From the NCBI GenBank assembly GCA_040386535.1, contig JAZKFH010000025.1:1-64000 (forward strand): a DNA stretch of 64,000 nt, in the 5' to 3' direction. The position numbers and the translations under genes are program-made. This stretch comes from Myxococcota bacterium (lineage in GTDB: Bacteria > Myxococcota_A > UBA796 > SXON01). Under the pieces are notes generated by a model. It made no database searches and was not told the origin of the DNA. It saw nothing but the letters and a program-made list of their open reading frames with translations. This document shows positions 31,873 through 41,543 of the stretch, in pieces. The first letter of the stretch is position 1. Every line of letters starts with the position of its first letter.

Positions 31873-33255
31873 TCAGCCGTCGCACGTCACCGGGGCCTGC
31901 ACGCCACAGCCGGGGTCTACCGCGTCGCCCCGCATCCGCGCGTCGAGCCAGCCCACCTGGTCCATCAGGGTCATCAGCGGCGCCTCGCCGTGCTCCAGCC
32001 CGGCGCACTCGATGTGTTGGAGCGTGTAGCCCTCGTCGCACAAGGCCGGGATGGCGGCGCGCACCGGGGCCGCGGGCACGAGCGTGTCCGACTCGGCGGT
32101 GATGATCAACACGGGCGCGTCGCCGGTGTAGGGCACGTTCGGGTTCGGCAGCGACGACTGCTCCAGGAAACAGGTCCACGGGTCGGCCCGCTCGCCGGCG
32201 CGCACGGCGGCCAGGAACGCGGGATCGTAGATCGCGTCGACCGAGGTGGCCGATTCGACCGAGGGGAAGGACGTGCAGGAAGCGGCGGCCTCGCCGGGCA
32301 ACGCGGCGGCCACGTCCGTCGCGAGCGCCTGGTCGAGCGCGTCGTAGCCGTACCACTCGGCGTGCAGGTAGAGGATGAGCGCGTCGGCGCGGGTGGCGGG
32401 GCTCAACGTCTCCAGGCCGGCCTCGAGCTGCCCGAGGATGTCGACCGGCGGCACCGCCGCGATGACCCCGACCGGCGCGTACTCGGGCGCGTAGCTGGGG
32501 GCGTAGCGATCGGACTGGAGCGCGGCGAAGCCGCCCTCGGACCAGCCCCAGTACACGATGCGCTCGGTGTCCACGCGCGCGTCCAGCGCCGAGAGCGGGA
32601 GCCAGGCGTCGACCGCGCGCAACGCGTCGAGCGACGCGATGGCGGTGGGCTCGCCGACAATCCACGGATGCGGGTCCGGCGCGGGGTCCCCGCCGCCCAT
32701 GAGGCCGAGGTAGTCGGGGGCCACGCTCACGTAGCCACGCGCCGCCGAGATGATCGCAGGCGCGAGCCCTTCGACCGCGCCGACCGAGGGCGCACACGCG
32801 TCCTCGAAGCCGGCCGTGGGGTGGTGCCAGAGCACCGTGCCCACCTCCGCCTCGCCGCTGAGCACCGGGACCGACACGATCGCGGTCGCCTCGACGGGCA
32901 CGCCCCGATCCTGCGTCGTGTAGCGGATCCGCCAGGTGCTCACCGAGTAGGCGGTCGGCGTGAGCCAGCCCAGGCCGTTGGTGAAGAGCCAGACGTCGAG
33001 CTGCCAGGCCTGGAACGACCAGTCCCCCACGTAGGTGGCCTCGATCACGCGCGGCGCGTCGGTCAGCCAGACGTGGTCGAGCTCGCAGGCCTCGTGCAGC
33101 GTCTCAGATGTATCAGATGTATCGGTGTCCGATGTATCGGTGTCCGATGTATCAGTGTCGGATGTATCGGTCACCGATGTATCGGTATCGGTGGCTTCCC
33201 CCGTGTCGACGTCCTTCGGGTCGGTGGGGACGCAGGCGAGCAGGTACAGCAGCAT
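31873..33255 (-). CDS. secretory lipase (LIP family alpha/beta hydrolase), lipoprotein
   Basis: RIRYTT, HPTAG..D.CAPS, APDYLG, GWSEGG nucleophile, D.LVP, H; DTSDT repeat linker. Confidence 0.82.
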   Translation of the reverse strand: MLLYLLACVPTDPKDVDTGEATDTDTSVTDTSDTDTSDTDTSDTDTSDTSETLHEACELDHVWLTDAPRVIEATYVGDWSFQAWQLDVWLFTNGLGWLTPTAYSVSTWRIRYTTQDRGVPVEATAIVSVPVLSGEAEVGTVLWHHPTAGFEDACAPSVGAVEGLAPAIISAARGYVSVAPDYLGLMGGGDPAPDPHPWIVGEPTAIASLDALRAVDAWLPLSALDARVDTERIVYWGWSEGGFAALQSDRYAPSYAPEYAPVGVIAAVPPVDILGQLEAGLETLSPATRADALILYLHAEWYGYDALDQALATDVAAALPGEAAASCTSFPSVESATSVDAIYDPAFLAAVRAGERADPWTCFLEQSSLPNPNVPYTGDAPVLIITAESDTLVPAAPVRAAIPALCDEGYTLQHIECAGLEHGEAPLMTLMDQVGWLDARMRGDAVDPGCGVQAPVTCDG

Positions 33256-33358
33256 CGGGGCTCCGGGCGATCGTGTGAACCGCGGGCGCGGGGGCGACGA
33301 AAGGATTTCCGTCGTAACGCCCTTCACGTGCCAGACGGGCCTCGTGTACAACGGCGGC

Positions 33359-34075
33359 ATGTCCGAGCTCTACACCTCCCGCGCCGCGCTCTACGACACG
33401 ATCTACGCCTGGAAGGACTACGCCGCCGAGGCGACGCAGCTGCACGGGGTGCTCCTCGCGGAGGGCATCGCGGACGGCGCCCGGATCGTCGAAGCGGCGT
33501 GCGGCACAGGCAAACATCTCGAGCAGCTCCGGCAGTGGTACGCGGTCGCGGGGACCGACGTGAGCGCGGACATGCTTGCGATCGCCGCCGAGCGGCTCCG
33601 CGACGTGCCGCTCACGGTGGCGGACATGCGCGAGCCGGCCCCCGGCGCGCCCGCCGACGCGCTGCTGTGCCTCTTCTCGTCGATCGGGTACCTGCTCGAC
33701 CGCGAGGCCCTCGACGCCGCGCTCCACGCCTTCGCCACGAGCCTGCGGCCCGGCGGGATCGTCGTCATCGAGCCCTGGCTCGCGCCCGAGGACTTCACGA
33801 CCGGCAAGGTCTTCATGCAACAGGCCGACACGCCGACCCTCAAGGTGTGTCGGATGAGCGTCACGAGCCGCGACGGGGACCTCTCCGCGATGGACTTCTC
33901 CTGGCTGGTGGGGCGCCCCGGCGTACCGGTCGAAAACTTCACCGAGCGCCACACCTTGTGGTTGTGCTCGCGCGCGACGTTCGCGGCCGCGCTGGACGCC
34001 GCCGGGTTCGACGCACGGTTCGAGCCCGACGGCCTCATGAAGCAGCGGGGGCTGTGGATCGGGCGCAAGCGGTAG
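33359..34075 (+). CDS. class I SAM-dependent methyltransferase (TylM1/DesVI-like)
   Basis: YD.IY..KDY, EAACGTGKH, ADMR, CLFSSIGY, VIEPW. Confidence 0.88.
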   Translation: MSELYTSRAALYDTIYAWKDYAAEATQLHGVLLAEGIADGARIVEAACGTGKHLEQLRQWYAVAGTDVSADMLAIAAERLRDVPLTVADMREPAPGAPADALLCLFSSIGYLLDREALDAALHAFATSLRPGGIVVIEPWLAPEDFTTGKVFMQQADTPTLKVCRMSVTSRDGDLSAMDFSWLVGRPGVPVENFTERHTLWLCSRATFAAALDAAGFDARFEPDGLMKQRGLWIGRKR

Positions 34076-34135
34076 GGCGCGCGCTCGTGCGGCTGAGGCC
34101 GGGCCAACTTTGCACGGCGCGGCTACAGTCGCCAG

Positions 34136-35644
34136 ATGCTCTTCCTCCTCCACGTCCTGGCCTGCGACCCCGGCAAGGTCACCGTCGGCGATCTCGACAC
34201 CGACCGCCCGGGGAAAGAAGACCCCGTCGTCGTCACGCCCACGCTCGTCATGGCCGGCCCGGCCGCCATCGATCCGCTGTACGGCCTGCCGGCCACCTTC
34301 GCGCTCGTCCAGACGCACGGGGACGTCGTCACGGTCGACGTGCGCGACGCATCGGGCGTCGTCGTCCGCACCCTCGCCGACGGCGCGTCCTGGGCGGACA
34401 CCGTGGTGTGGGACGGGCGCGACGACACGGGCGTGGTGCTCACCCCCGGCCGCTACACCGTGCACGCCGACCTCGCGGCGGACGGCACGTCGGTCGCCAT
34501 GGTCGAGGCCCCCATCGACGTCGTGCGCGTAGGCGTCGCGTCGGGCACGCTCGGCGGGGAGGACCGCATCCTGTTGATGTGGCACGCCGCGGGCGGCCTC
34601 GGGATGTATTGGGACGACGCCGGAGACGGCGGCACGTTCGCGGTCGCCGCGATCGACGTCGACGGCGCCGTGACCCCCATCCCCGCGCCCTGGGAGGACC
34701 TGTACGCGCCCCCCGAGGACCCCATGGGCCAGAACCTCCCCGCCGCCTACACGTGGGACGCGCGGCCCACCCTCTCGCTCGTGGTCGCGGGGGATGTCGG
34801 CGGGGCCGCCCTCACCCCGGTGATCGACGGCTGGACCCTCTCCACGGGCATCGTCGCGCCGGGCGAGACCGTCGTGTTCACCGCCGACGCGCCGCTGCTG
34901 ACGGGGCCCGGCGTGTACGAGGCGTCGCTCGCCCTGCGCTGGATGGCCGGGGCGGACGTGGTCGGCACCCAGGACATTCCCCTGCGCATCTATGGGTTGT
35001 TCGGGCCGCCCGCCTTCGAGGAGAGCGTGACGCCCTACGCGCCGTGGGTGGCCGTCATCGATCCGGCCCTCCGCGCGATCGCGGGCTCGTTCGAGGCCGG
35101 CGTGCCGCCCACCGAGGCCGCGGTCATCTCCGCCCTCGTCGAGCACATCTACTACGACCTCGGCCTGTCCTACGACACGCGCTGGGGGGCCAGCGCCTAC
35201 ACCCAGTACGAGGGCGGCTCGTTCGACGACGCACACATCGACCTGTCGGGTTTTCTCGACCGCCGCCGCGGCTCGATCGTCAATTGCACCGACTGCGCCG
35301 CGATCCTGGAGGCCTTCGCCAACATGATCGGCGCCACGCTGTCGTACACGATCATCACGCCCAGCTTCAACCTGAATTACATCAAGGCCATCGGCGGCGA
35401 CAGCTTCGACCACTGCCCGTTCGACAACGGCGGCTGCGGGTTCAGCTACCACGCGGTCACGACGCCAGACGACGGTGGCATCATCTACGACGCCACGCTC
35501 GCGCTCGACGGGGACGAGGATCCGGGGAGCTACCCCGGCGAGGAATTGCTCGTGCAGGCCATCACCGGCGAGGAGTACCTCGACCGGCTCGTCATGAGCG
35601 GCCGGACCAACTACCGCTACACGCAGAAGGAGACCCTCCAATGA
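34136..35644 (+). CDS. lipoprotein with FlgD-Ig-like domain and transglutaminase-like (Cys-His-Asp) domain
   Basis: VRDASG.VVRTL...VWDGRDD.G..L.PG.Y (FlgD-Ig); VNCTDCA, FSYHAV, IYDA. Confidence 0.65.
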   Translation: MLFLLHVLACDPGKVTVGDLDTDRPGKEDPVVVTPTLVMAGPAAIDPLYGLPATFALVQTHGDVVTVDVRDASGVVVRTLADGASWADTVVWDGRDDTGVVLTPGRYTVHADLAADGTSVAMVEAPIDVVRVGVASGTLGGEDRILLMWHAAGGLGMYWDDAGDGGTFAVAAIDVDGAVTPIPAPWEDLYAPPEDPMGQNLPAAYTWDARPTLSLVVAGDVGGAALTPVIDGWTLSTGIVAPGETVVFTADAPLLTGPGVYEASLALRWMAGADVVGTQDIPLRIYGLFGPPAFEESVTPYAPWVAVIDPALRAIAGSFEAGVPPTEAAVISALVEHIYYDLGLSYDTRWGASAYTQYEGGSFDDAHIDLSGFLDRRRGSIVNCTDCAAILEAFANMIGATLSYTIITPSFNLNYIKAIGGDSFDHCPFDNGGCGFSYHAVTTPDDGGIIYDATLALDGDEDPGSYPGEELLVQAITGEEYLDRLVMSGRTNYRYTQKETLQ

Positions 35645-36204
35645 TCGCGCTCCTCTTCGGCGCCGCCTTCGCCGCCGGAATGCACGGCGGCATTCCCGTG
35701 CACGGCGTGCCCGGCCTCGGCGAGCCCTCCTTCCTCACGCCCGCCACCGGGTGGACCGCCGCGGTCGATGGGGGCTGGGTGCGCGTGTTCGTGGGCCCCA
35801 CCGAGGCCGCGGGCGTGGAGTGGTACGACCGGATGCTCGAGTCAATCGGCCTCCCGCCGCCCGTCCTGGCCGACCTCGCCGCATTGACGGACGCCGCCCA
35901 CGGTGACAACGCCACGCTGGTCTCCTTCCGGGACGGCAACGTGGCGGTGCTCGTGCGCGCGCAAGCCGGCGCCCGCGCCATCGCCGACACCCTGCGCGCC
36001 GCGATCGTCGACAACGCCCCCGCCGTCACGACGCCCACCCTCTCGACCGCCGGCGGCCAGTGGAAGGTGGACGCGCCGGGCGCCGTGCACCTGGGCGTGA
36101 CAGGGGGGCGCGGGGTGCCCTTCCAACGCGGCGTGTTCACCGAGCCGCCGCGCGAGGTGGTGGCGTGGGATGCGTTGGGACGCGCGACGATCCTCGAGCG
36201 ATGA
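35641..36204 (+). CDS. secreted hypothetical protein
   Basis: ATGA-coupled at both ends; short signal MIALLFGAAFA. Confidence 0.7.
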   Translation: MIALLFGAAFAAGMHGGIPVHGVPGLGEPSFLTPATGWTAAVDGGWVRVFVGPTEAAGVEWYDRMLESIGLPPPVLADLAALTDAAHGDNATLVSFRDGNVAVLVRAQAGARAIADTLRAAIVDNAPAVTTPTLSTAGGQWKVDAPGAVHLGVTGGRGVPFQRGVFTEPPREVVAWDALGRATILER

Positions 36205-37247
36205 TCCTCCTCCTGCCCCTGGCCTGTGCGGGCCCCACCCCCGACGACACCGCCCCTCCTGCCGTCGATCTGGTCGACGAGCTGACCGCCGCCGGCCCCT
36301 GGTCGGTGGGCCATCAGGACGCGTACGTCGTGTACGCCGACGCCATCGGAGGCGGCCAGCGCACGCTCCACGTCTCGATCTGGTACCCCACCACCGCCAC
36401 GGACGGCGACGACGCCACGTACTTCGGCGGCGCCCTGACCGCCGAGGGTGTGTGGCAGGACGCGCCGGTGGCGGACGGCGCGTTCCCGCTCGTCGTCTAC
36501 TCCCACGGGCACCAGGCGTACGCCGAAGCGTCGGGGTTCCTGATGGAGCACCTCGCCTCGCACGGGTGGATCGTGGCGGCACCCGATCATACCGGCAACA
36601 CGACGTTCGACGGGTCGGACCGCGCCACCGAGATCTACGCGCAGCGGCCCCGCGATCTGTCCGCGGTGCTCGACTCGCTCGAGACCAGCGGGCTCCCCGT
36701 GACCGACACCCGCGTCGCGATGGGGCACTCGTTCGGCGGCTACACCGTGCTCGCGTCCATGGGCGCGACCTACGCCGCGGGCGCGCTCGACTGCCCCGAT
36801 TCCACGACCGGGTTCTGCTCCACGATGACCCCCGCGCTCCGCACGGTCTTCGAAGGCGGGTTCGCGGACGATCGCTTCGACGCCGCGCTGATCATGGCCC
36901 CCGGCGACTACGGCCTCTTCCAGGCCGCCGGCATCGGCGCCGTCACCCGCCCGACGATGCTGATGACCGGCACCGAGGACCAGCCGCCCGGCTCCGAGGT
37001 CGACCAGCTCTGGGCCGCGCTCCAGGGGGACGGCGCGCGCCGCGTCACGCTCGACGGCGCCGGCCACCAGTCGTTCACCGATTTCGCCGACACGCTCGAG
37101 GACGTGACGATGTCCGCGGAGGCCAGCACCCGCCTCGTCGACGTGTACGGCCTCGCGTGGGCCCGCCGCGCCGACGGGGACACCAGCGTGGCGCCCGTGC
37201 TCGACGGGGAGCGCGAGATCGCGCGGGAGGCCGTGCTCGCCCAGTGA
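36201..37247 (+). CDS. alpha/beta hydrolase lipoprotein (PAF-acetylhydrolase / dienelactone hydrolase-like)
   Basis: IWYP, PLVVYSHG, APDHTGN, RPRD, GHSFGG, GAGHQSF. Confidence 0.85.
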   Translation: MILLLPLACAGPTPDDTAPPAVDLVDELTAAGPWSVGHQDAYVVYADAIGGGQRTLHVSIWYPTTATDGDDATYFGGALTAEGVWQDAPVADGAFPLVVYSHGHQAYAEASGFLMEHLASHGWIVAAPDHTGNTTFDGSDRATEIYAQRPRDLSAVLDSLETSGLPVTDTRVAMGHSFGGYTVLASMGATYAAGALDCPDSTTGFCSTMTPALRTVFEGGFADDRFDAALIMAPGDYGLFQAAGIGAVTRPTMLMTGTEDQPPGSEVDQLWAALQGDGARRVTLDGAGHQSFTDFADTLEDVTMSAEASTRLVDVYGLAWARRADGDTSVAPVLDGEREIAREAVLAQ

Positions 37248-37260
37248 CCCCCCCCGTGGC

Positions 37261-38049
37261 TCACTTGGGCGGTGGGCCTTCCAACTCCAGGTCCTGGAGG
37301 CGCGACCGGACCGCCGCCATGAAGTCGGCGCCGGGGTCGGGCTTGGTCGTGCGGTAGTTCGGGTCGCGCTCCTCGAAGTACGGCGTGCCCTCCAGGCCCC
37401 GGTACTCGAGGTGGCCGATCAGGTGGGTGATGGGCTGGCGCGACACGATCCAGCGCACGAGCGCCACGTTCGCCGCCGCCTGCGCCTCGGTCAGCGGCCA
37501 CTCCTCGCCGCCGCCCACGTTCTCGATGCCGATGGCGACGTGGTTCAGGCCGATGGTGTGGCGGAGGATGCGGTCCTCCTGCGCGAGCCGCTCGATCGTG
37601 CCGTCGCGATCGACGAGGTAGTGGGCCCCGACGTTCAGGGCGCCCGCACCCGCCAGCTCCGTGCGGCCGGAGAGCGTGGCGGGGCCGAAGGTGCTCCACG
37701 CGCTCATCGCGGTGGGCCCGGCCGTCCAGTGCAGCACGATCACGCGCGGCACCATGCGGGTATCCTTGGCGGTGTCGCCCGTGAGGGCGGTGGTGCGGTG
37801 CGCGCGCAGGTACTCGACGGTGAGGCGTTCGCGCTCGGCGTTGTAGGGGAGGAGGTGGTCGACGATGACGGGAGCGACGACGGGAGCGACGACAGGGGCG
37901 GCCACCGCCTTGGAAGCAGCGGGGGCAGCCAGCACGGTGGGGGCGTCGAGGGCGCTCGATCGGGGGGCAGGGGAGCTGGGCGCCGCCCGGGGTTCGGGCG
38001 TGGTGGTGGGCGCTCCGTCGGCGGCGCGACAGGCCTGGAGGAGCAGCAT
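37261..38049 (-). CDS. N-acetylmuramoyl-L-alanine amidase (Amidase_2), probable lipoprotein
   Basis: IVLHWT, AHYLVDRDG, IGIEN, LIGH, KPDPG; start uncertain. Confidence 0.88.
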   Translation of the reverse strand: MLLLQACRAADGAPTTTPEPRAAPSSPAPRSSALDAPTVLAAPAASKAVAAPVVAPVVAPVIVDHLLPYNAERERLTVEYLRAHRTTALTGDTAKDTRMVPRVIVLHWTAGPTAMSAWSTFGPATLSGRTELAGAGALNVGAHYLVDRDGTIERLAQEDRILRHTIGLNHVAIGIENVGGGEEWPLTEAQAAANVALVRWIVSRQPITHLIGHLEYRGLEGTPYFEERDPNYRTTKPDPGADFMAAVRSRLQDLELEGPPPK

Positions 38050-38053
38050 CGTC

Positions 38054-39004
38054 GTGACCGCCCTTGCGATCGCCGGGTGTCGCGGTGAGGCCCCGGCGGT
38101 CGAGACCGTGCGCCGGGTGAGCACTGGCGAGGTCGTGAGGCCCGGCGGCGCCGCGCTCTGGTTCGGCGGAGACGTACACCTGGGCGAGTCGGCGCGGGGC
38201 GGGTTGGAGGGCATCACGGCCATCCTGGGCGGGGCGGCCGGGATCGTCAACCTCGAAGGGCCGGTCGGCGACGGTGCTGGCGGGGCGCGGATCGACGGCG
38301 ACGGGGCCCGGGTGTGGCTCGCCAACCCGTCCACCGCGCCGGCGTGGCTCCGCGCACACGGGGTCGTCGCCGCCTCCATCACCAACAACCACGCCGGTGA
38401 CCTGGGGCCCGCGGGGCCGGCTCGCACGGCCGCGCGCCTGCGGGACGGGGGCTTGGTCCCCGCGGGGGCTCCAACGGGGCCGGCGCGCTTCAGCGTGGGG
38501 GGCACCGTCGTGAGCTTTCTCGCGCACGAGCTGGAGGAGCCCGGGCTCGCGGAGGCGCTCGCCGCCGAGCTCCACGCCGCCGAGCTGCACGGGGGGGAGA
38601 GGACCCTTCGTGCAGTGGCGCTGCACGTCACCGGCGGGCGCTCCTACCTGCCGTCCCCCGCGCTACGCCGCGCGGTCGACGGCGCGCTGGCCGGCGGCGC
38701 GGACATCGTGGTCGTCCACGGGACGCACGTGCTCGGCCCCGTGGAGCGCCGCGGCGGCGCGGTCGTCGCGTGGGGGCTCGGCAACCTGCTGTTCGACTGT
38801 GTCTGCACGGGAGACACGGAGGCGCTGGTGTTGCGCGTCGCGATCGGTCCCGAGGGGCCGGGCGTCGCCGAGGTGATCCCCGTGACCGCGGGGCTCGGGG
38901 GGGCCGGTGTGACGCCCGCCGCCGACGCGGAGGGCGTGTTCGACCTGCTCGACGCGCTGGAGAGCAGCCCGCTCACACGGCTCGGCGATCGGGCGTGGTT
39001 CTAG
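38054..39004 (+). CDS. CapA family (PGA_cap) metallophosphatase-fold protein
   Basis: FGGDV, VNLEGP, NNHAGD, GADIVV.HG.HV, WGLGNLLF; start uncertain. Confidence 0.82.
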   Translation: MTALAIAGCRGEAPAVETVRRVSTGEVVRPGGAALWFGGDVHLGESARGGLEGITAILGGAAGIVNLEGPVGDGAGGARIDGDGARVWLANPSTAPAWLRAHGVVAASITNNHAGDLGPAGPARTAARLRDGGLVPAGAPTGPARFSVGGTVVSFLAHELEEPGLAEALAAELHAAELHGGERTLRAVALHVTGGRSYLPSPALRRAVDGALAGGADIVVVHGTHVLGPVERRGGAVVAWGLGNLLFDCVCTGDTEALVLRVAIGPEGPGVAEVIPVTAGLGGAGVTPAADAEGVFDLLDALESSPLTRLGDRAWF

Positions 39005-39065
39005 CCCGGGACCTGTGTTCGTTCGGAATTTGGGTGCACCCCGCCGGGGCGCGGACGGTGCCTTA

Positions 39066-39959
39066 TCAGGCACCGGCAAACCAACCCTCCTCCTTCTGGT
39101 GCTCCCACTCCTTCATCGGCCCCCCCAGGCGGTCCTCCATGCTCTGCACGAGCTGGACGTTGCGCTTGTCCACCTCGGTGAGCACCCCGTCGTCATAGGA
39201 CTCGAGCGGCTCGTACCAGGCCTTGTTGAAGAAGTAGGCCTGCAGGACTTCGGACTTGAACGGGCGGCCGTGGCGTGCGTACACCGTGTTGCGCAACAGG
39301 CGCAGGTCCCGACGTGACAGGCCGTCGAGCTGGCCGACCGTCAGTTGGTTCGCGAGCACCGTGGGGTCTTCGAGGGGGTTGCGATCGGCCACCGGCACGT
39401 CGGCACCGCCCGACCACTCGCCGAGCGCCGCGCTGATGAGCGAGAGCTCGACGGTGTCCTCGGCGGACACGGCGCTTCGGCCCTGGATCGCGGCGCGCCG
39501 CGCCACCAGCTCGTCCCGTGGCACGCGGGCCTCGGCGTCTGTCAGGAAGGCCACGTTGGCGCGATCGGCGTCCGAGAGCTTCGTCAGGTCGGCCTTGGCT
39601 CGGGGCTGGTACCAGGGCTGCGCCCGGAAGTAGCTGTCGAGCCAGGGTTTGACGAAGGGGTGCCCGGCGCGCGCGAAGATCGTGTTCCGCAAGAGCGCGA
39701 AGTCGCGGAGCGAGCGCCCCTGCACGTCGGCCTCGGTCAGCGCGCGGTCGTAGTAGAGCGGGCGGCCGTCGGCGCCGAGGGCGGCACTGGCGGGCGCGGC
39801 CTGCGCGGGGGCGGGCGTCGGGGCGGCCGGGGCCGTGGACACGGGGGCGGCCGGCGTCGGTGCGGTGGCCTCGCCACCCGCGCAACCGAGCGCCAGCACG
39901 AAGAGCAGGCTCGACGCCAACAGGAGGCGGAGAGGGGGAGGGGCGGCGCGGTTCGGCAT
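39066..39959 (-). CDS. lipoprotein with two YARHG domains
   Basis: LRNTIFARAG..F...L..YF..QPWY and LRNTVYARHG..F....L..YF..K.WY. Confidence 0.88.
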   Translation of the reverse strand: MPNRAAPPPLRLLLASSLLFVLALGCAGGEATAPTPAAPVSTAPAAPTPAPAQAAPASAALGADGRPLYYDRALTEADVQGRSLRDFALLRNTIFARAGHPFVKPWLDSYFRAQPWYQPRAKADLTKLSDADRANVAFLTDAEARVPRDELVARRAAIQGRSAVSAEDTVELSLISAALGEWSGGADVPVADRNPLEDPTVLANQLTVGQLDGLSRRDLRLLRNTVYARHGRPFKSEVLQAYFFNKAWYEPLESYDDGVLTEVDKRNVQLVQSMEDRLGGPMKEWEHQKEEGWFAGA

Positions 39960-39966
39960 GGGCCGC

Positions 39967-39995
39967 ACCTTACGGATCGGGCGCGTCGGGGTCAA
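39967..39995 (-). promoter_or_regulatory. sigma70-type leaderless promoter of the YARHG gene
   Basis: Minus strand TTGACC-N17-TAAGGT-N7-ATG. Confidence 0.65.
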
Positions 39996-40187
39996 GGGGC
40001 AGAGCCGCGGGCGCGTGCACTGTTCACGCCGCGTTCATCGGTGTTCGTCGGAGCGGCCCGTCCCGCGGGCGATCCAGGGCTGGGAGCAACGGATGAACGC
40101 CCGGTTTCCGCGTGGCACGTCTGGATCGTCGCTTGCTTTGGAGGAGTGCGCCTCCAACCCCGGGGGCACTCACCACCGGACGACCCA

Positions 40188-40637
40188 ATGCTCACCCTCA
40201 CCCTGCTCGCCTCCCACCTCCTCGTCGCCGACGCCCACGCCTCGGTGTACATCGGCAACCCCGCGCTCTGGGTGCACGTCGACCGCCCGGCGCACGACTT
40301 CACCGCCGCCGACGTGCTGCTCGAGGGTATCGAGGTGCACTACTGTGGCGGGGGATCCACGGAGTACCCGGTGGACGAGATCATCGATCCCGTCGCGGGG
40401 TGGGGGATGGAGATCGGCGGCGGCAACCTGTGTGGCGTGACGTTCCACTGGGACAGCGTCCTCGTCATCGACGGCACCCGCAACGGCACGTCGTTCTCCG
40501 TCGGGTTCGGCAACGCCTCCGCCAACACGTACGTGCCCATCGGCAGCACCATCTGGCCGGTGGCGCTCACCCCTGTTCAGGTGCTCGCCGGCACGTTCCC
40601 GGCCGGAAGCCCGCTGCTGCTGATGACGCTGGACTGA
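40188..40637 (+). CDS. secreted hypothetical protein (beta-rich, 149 aa)
   Basis: Signal peptide ending ADAHA; two Cys; coding-like GC3. Confidence 0.7.
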   Translation: MLTLTLLASHLLVADAHASVYIGNPALWVHVDRPAHDFTAADVLLEGIEVHYCGGGSTEYPVDEIIDPVAGWGMEIGGGNLCGVTFHWDSVLVIDGTRNGTSFSVGFGNASANTYVPIGSTIWPVALTPVQVLAGTFPAGSPLLLMTLD

Positions 40638-41479
40638 TCCTCGTTCGGGCTCGGCATCCGGTCGGACATCGGGATCAGCTGCACGCTCAGTTGGAGCACC
40701 TGCTCGCCGCGAGCGATGTCGTCGGCGTAGCGCCCCGCCACGCCCTCGATGAAGCGACCGATCGAGGCCTTGATCTCGGCGATATCCGCCGTGGGGACCG
40801 CGATGCACACGGTCGAGAAGTGACGCTCTTCCTTGGTGGCAGAGTCGAGCGCCTCACTTGCTCGTGCCAGGATGTCACGGTGGAACGTGGCGACCCCCAC
40901 GCCCGCGATACGGTCGACCTCGCGGTCGGTGGCCCAGACCATGGCCGCGGGCCGGAGCACGCCGGCCTCGTCCCGTCGCAGCGCCCGCTGCGCGATCAGC
41001 GCCTCCACCGCCTCGGCCGCCTCGGCCGGCGTGATGGGCGGACGGATGGTGGCCGCGATCCAAGCCGGATCCTCGCGGAAGCCGACGCACCGGGAGAGCT
41101 CGAGGATCGCCGGTACGTACCAACGTGAACACAAGAGGAACGCCGCGTCGATGTCCCGTTGGGCGCCCTGAAACCGGCGGACGGCCATGATGCGATCCAA
41201 GGCGGCGCGCCGGCGCGGCCGCGTGGGCGCCTGCTCGAACTCCACCAGCTCGAGGAAGTAGGCCTGCTGCTCGTGGTCGAGCTGGGCCACGGTACAGAAG
41301 TGCTCGACGAGGGCCGGCGGCAGGTCGCGGGTGCCTCCGAGCACGCTCGAGATGGCCGCGGGGGAGCACGCCGCGCGCTTGGCGAAGCCGCGGATGCTCG
41401 GCCGGCCGTTCCTGGACTCGAACCAGGCGCGCATGTAGGCCCGAAAATCGGTGTAGTCGAAGAGGTTGACGGGGTCCAC
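40577..41479 (-). CDS. TIGR02147 family (DUF4423) HTH protein
   Basis: F.YTDFR.Y, SIR.FAKRA, G.R.L, YF..LV.F.QA, WY..AI.EL, LQLSVQL.P; GGAGGAG RBS. Confidence 0.82.
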   Translation of the reverse strand: MDPVNLFDYTDFRAYMRAWFESRNGRPSIRGFAKRAACSPAAISSVLGGTRDLPPALVEHFCTVAQLDHEQQAYFLELVEFEQAPTRPRRRAALDRIMAVRRFQGAQRDIDAAFLLCSRWYVPAILELSRCVGFREDPAWIAATIRPPITPAEAAEAVEALIAQRALRRDEAGVLRPAAMVWATDREVDRIAGVGVATFHRDILARASEALDSATKEERHFSTVCIAVPTADIAEIKASIGRFIEGVAGRYADDIARGEQVLQLSVQLIPMSDRMPSPNEDQSSVISSSGLPAGNVPAST

Positions 41480-41543
41480 GGGCGCAGTCTCCTCCAAGTG
41501 TACCGGGCGTGCAAGCGACGGTGCGCCTGCTACCATCCGCGCC

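Noticed and set aside
33105..33190. 15-bp repeats as a DNA element
   Set aside because: They encode the DTSDT low-complexity linker of the lipase
31990..36204. 1404-aa ORF from the track
   Set aside because: Arg/Gly-rich shadow frame over real genes; only its last 187 codons (35641-36204) look coding
40022..40036. GTTC-N7-GTTC alphaproteobacterial LexA box
   Set aside because: Lineage appears myxobacterial and the adjacent genes are not SOS-related; kept only as an unexplained motif
40113..40136. sigma54 promoter TGGCAC...TTGC near the bEBP-like gene
   Set aside because: 14 nt between elements instead of the required 5
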